Assembly: GCA_963695025.1 (NCBI GenBank)
Contig: CAVOFQ010000003.1
Coordinates: forward strand, 1,962,245 to 2,026,244
DNA: 64,000 bases
From: an uncultured Actinomycetes bacterium
GTDB taxonomy: Bacteria; Actinomycetota; Thermoleophilia; Gaiellales; JAICJC01
Direction of reading: 5' to 3'
Below, one piece after another: positions 63,501 through 64,000 of this stretch. Position 1 is the first letter of the stretch; each line of letters opens with the position of its first letter. The notes beneath the pieces are model-generated. The model ran no database searches. It was not told the DNA's origin and saw only the letters and a program-made list of their open reading frames with translations. The position numbers were made by a program, and so were the translations under genes.

Positions 63501-64000
63501 CGCACCGCTTCGAGGTTGCTCTGGTGGACGCGCTCGTAGGGCTCGAAATAGTTGAGCCACCCGGCTTCGAGCGGCGCGGCGATGAACGCCCGCAGGTCGG
63601 CGTCGTCCGGGCTGGGCTCGGCCGAGTGGCGCAGCAAACTCTCGACGTAGTGCTCGGTGCCACGGATCAGCGGCTCGCCGTATCCTCCGGCCGCGATGAT
63701 GCCGGGATCCCCATGGTTCGGGTAGAGGTGGTCGAAACGCAGCCCGCGCATCCTGCGCAGGTCGGCGACGTGGGCGGCCAGGCGATCGGGCTCCGAGACG
63801 TAGGTCACGGTGTCCTCGACCGTGTCTCCTGCCAGCAGCAGCCCCTCGGCGGGGAGGTGGAGCACCGTCGCGTCGCGGCTGTGGATGTCGAACTGCAGCA
63901 GTTCGACCTGGAGCGTGCCGACGTCGATGCGCGTGTGCCCATCGAAGGTCGTGGTCGGCAGGACGAGCGGCGAGATCGCCGGCGGCCCTTCGTGGGTCCC
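63497..64000 (-). CDS. MBL-fold metallo-hydrolase (N-terminal end outside window)
   Basis: The reading frame is open from 64000 (GTHEGPPAISPLVLPTTTFDGHTRIDVGTLQVELLQFDIHSRDATVLHLPAEGLLLAGDTV...NHGDP). The ORF track lists only the part downstream of the first Met (63497..63865). Confidence 0.7.
   Translation of the reverse strand, partial: GTHEGPPAISPLVLPTTTFDGHTRIDVGTLQVELLQFDIHSRDATVLHLPAEGLLLAGDTVEDTVTYVSEPDRLAAHVADLRRMRGLRFDHLYPNHGDPGIIAAGGYGEPLIRGTEHYVESLLRHSAEPSPDDADLRAFIAAPLEAGWLNYFEPYERVHQSNLEAVR

Noticed and set aside
1-64000. A search by eye for tRNA, rRNA, tmRNA, RNase P, CRISPR repeats, transposases, integrases, phage genes and toxin-antitoxin pairs.
   Set aside because: Nothing with the expected sequence signatures was seen. 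All intergenic gaps are under about 370 bp and lack cloverleaf-like or repeat-spacer structure. Absence is based on inspection only, not on tRNAscan or Infernal.

Overview
The window is a very GC-rich, gene-dense chromosomal segment. The gene content (MarP-like CvpA-protease fusion, PAC2 protein, split LigD, MsiK-type sugar ABC ATPase, many apparently leaderless or translationally coupled genes) suggests an actinobacterial-type genome; that is inference only. I support about 66 protein-coding features. I found no rRNA, tRNA, CRISPR array, transposase or integrase by eye. Main blocks, in order: (1) Proteostasis and housekeeping genes: thioredoxin/TPR co-chaperone, PAC2, MarP-like protease, MoxR-VWA pair. 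(2) An approximately 11 kb, nine-gene minus-strand operon with ATGA/GTGA start-stop overlaps: peptide-type ABC importer, two Zn-ADHs, an enolase-superfamily enzyme, a quinone oxidoreductase and a GNAT, with an IclR gene just upstream. (3) Divergent from the IclR gene, an operon encoding an ammonia-lyase homologue that lacks the Ala-Ser-Gly MIO motif, a MetE-like protein and an ATP-grasp enzyme. (4) pruA and ABC-2 exporter genes. (5) A divergent glutamine-synthetase-like/APC-permease pair with a striking intragenic codon-usage mosaic. (6) A large SF2 helicase followed by a csp-infA dicistron. (7) Amidohydrolase, M20 and acyl-CoA dehydrogenase genes. (8) A MerR-MFS module. (9) A GH13 plus sugar ABC locus. 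(10) A split LigD NHEJ locus (phosphoesterase / ligase / polymerase). Four genes carry single-base insertion-type frameshifts: class IV aminotransferase, tandem GNAT, a small membrane protein paralogue, and the LigD phosphoesterase. I cannot tell real decay from assembly error. No clearly novel multi-gene system such as a defence island is evident. The best leads are the MIO-less lyase cluster, the frameshift-fused LigD, the codon-usage mosaic, the cluster of DnaA-box-like repeats, and the helicase-csp-infA arrangement. All family assignments come from motif recognition by eye, not from database searches.
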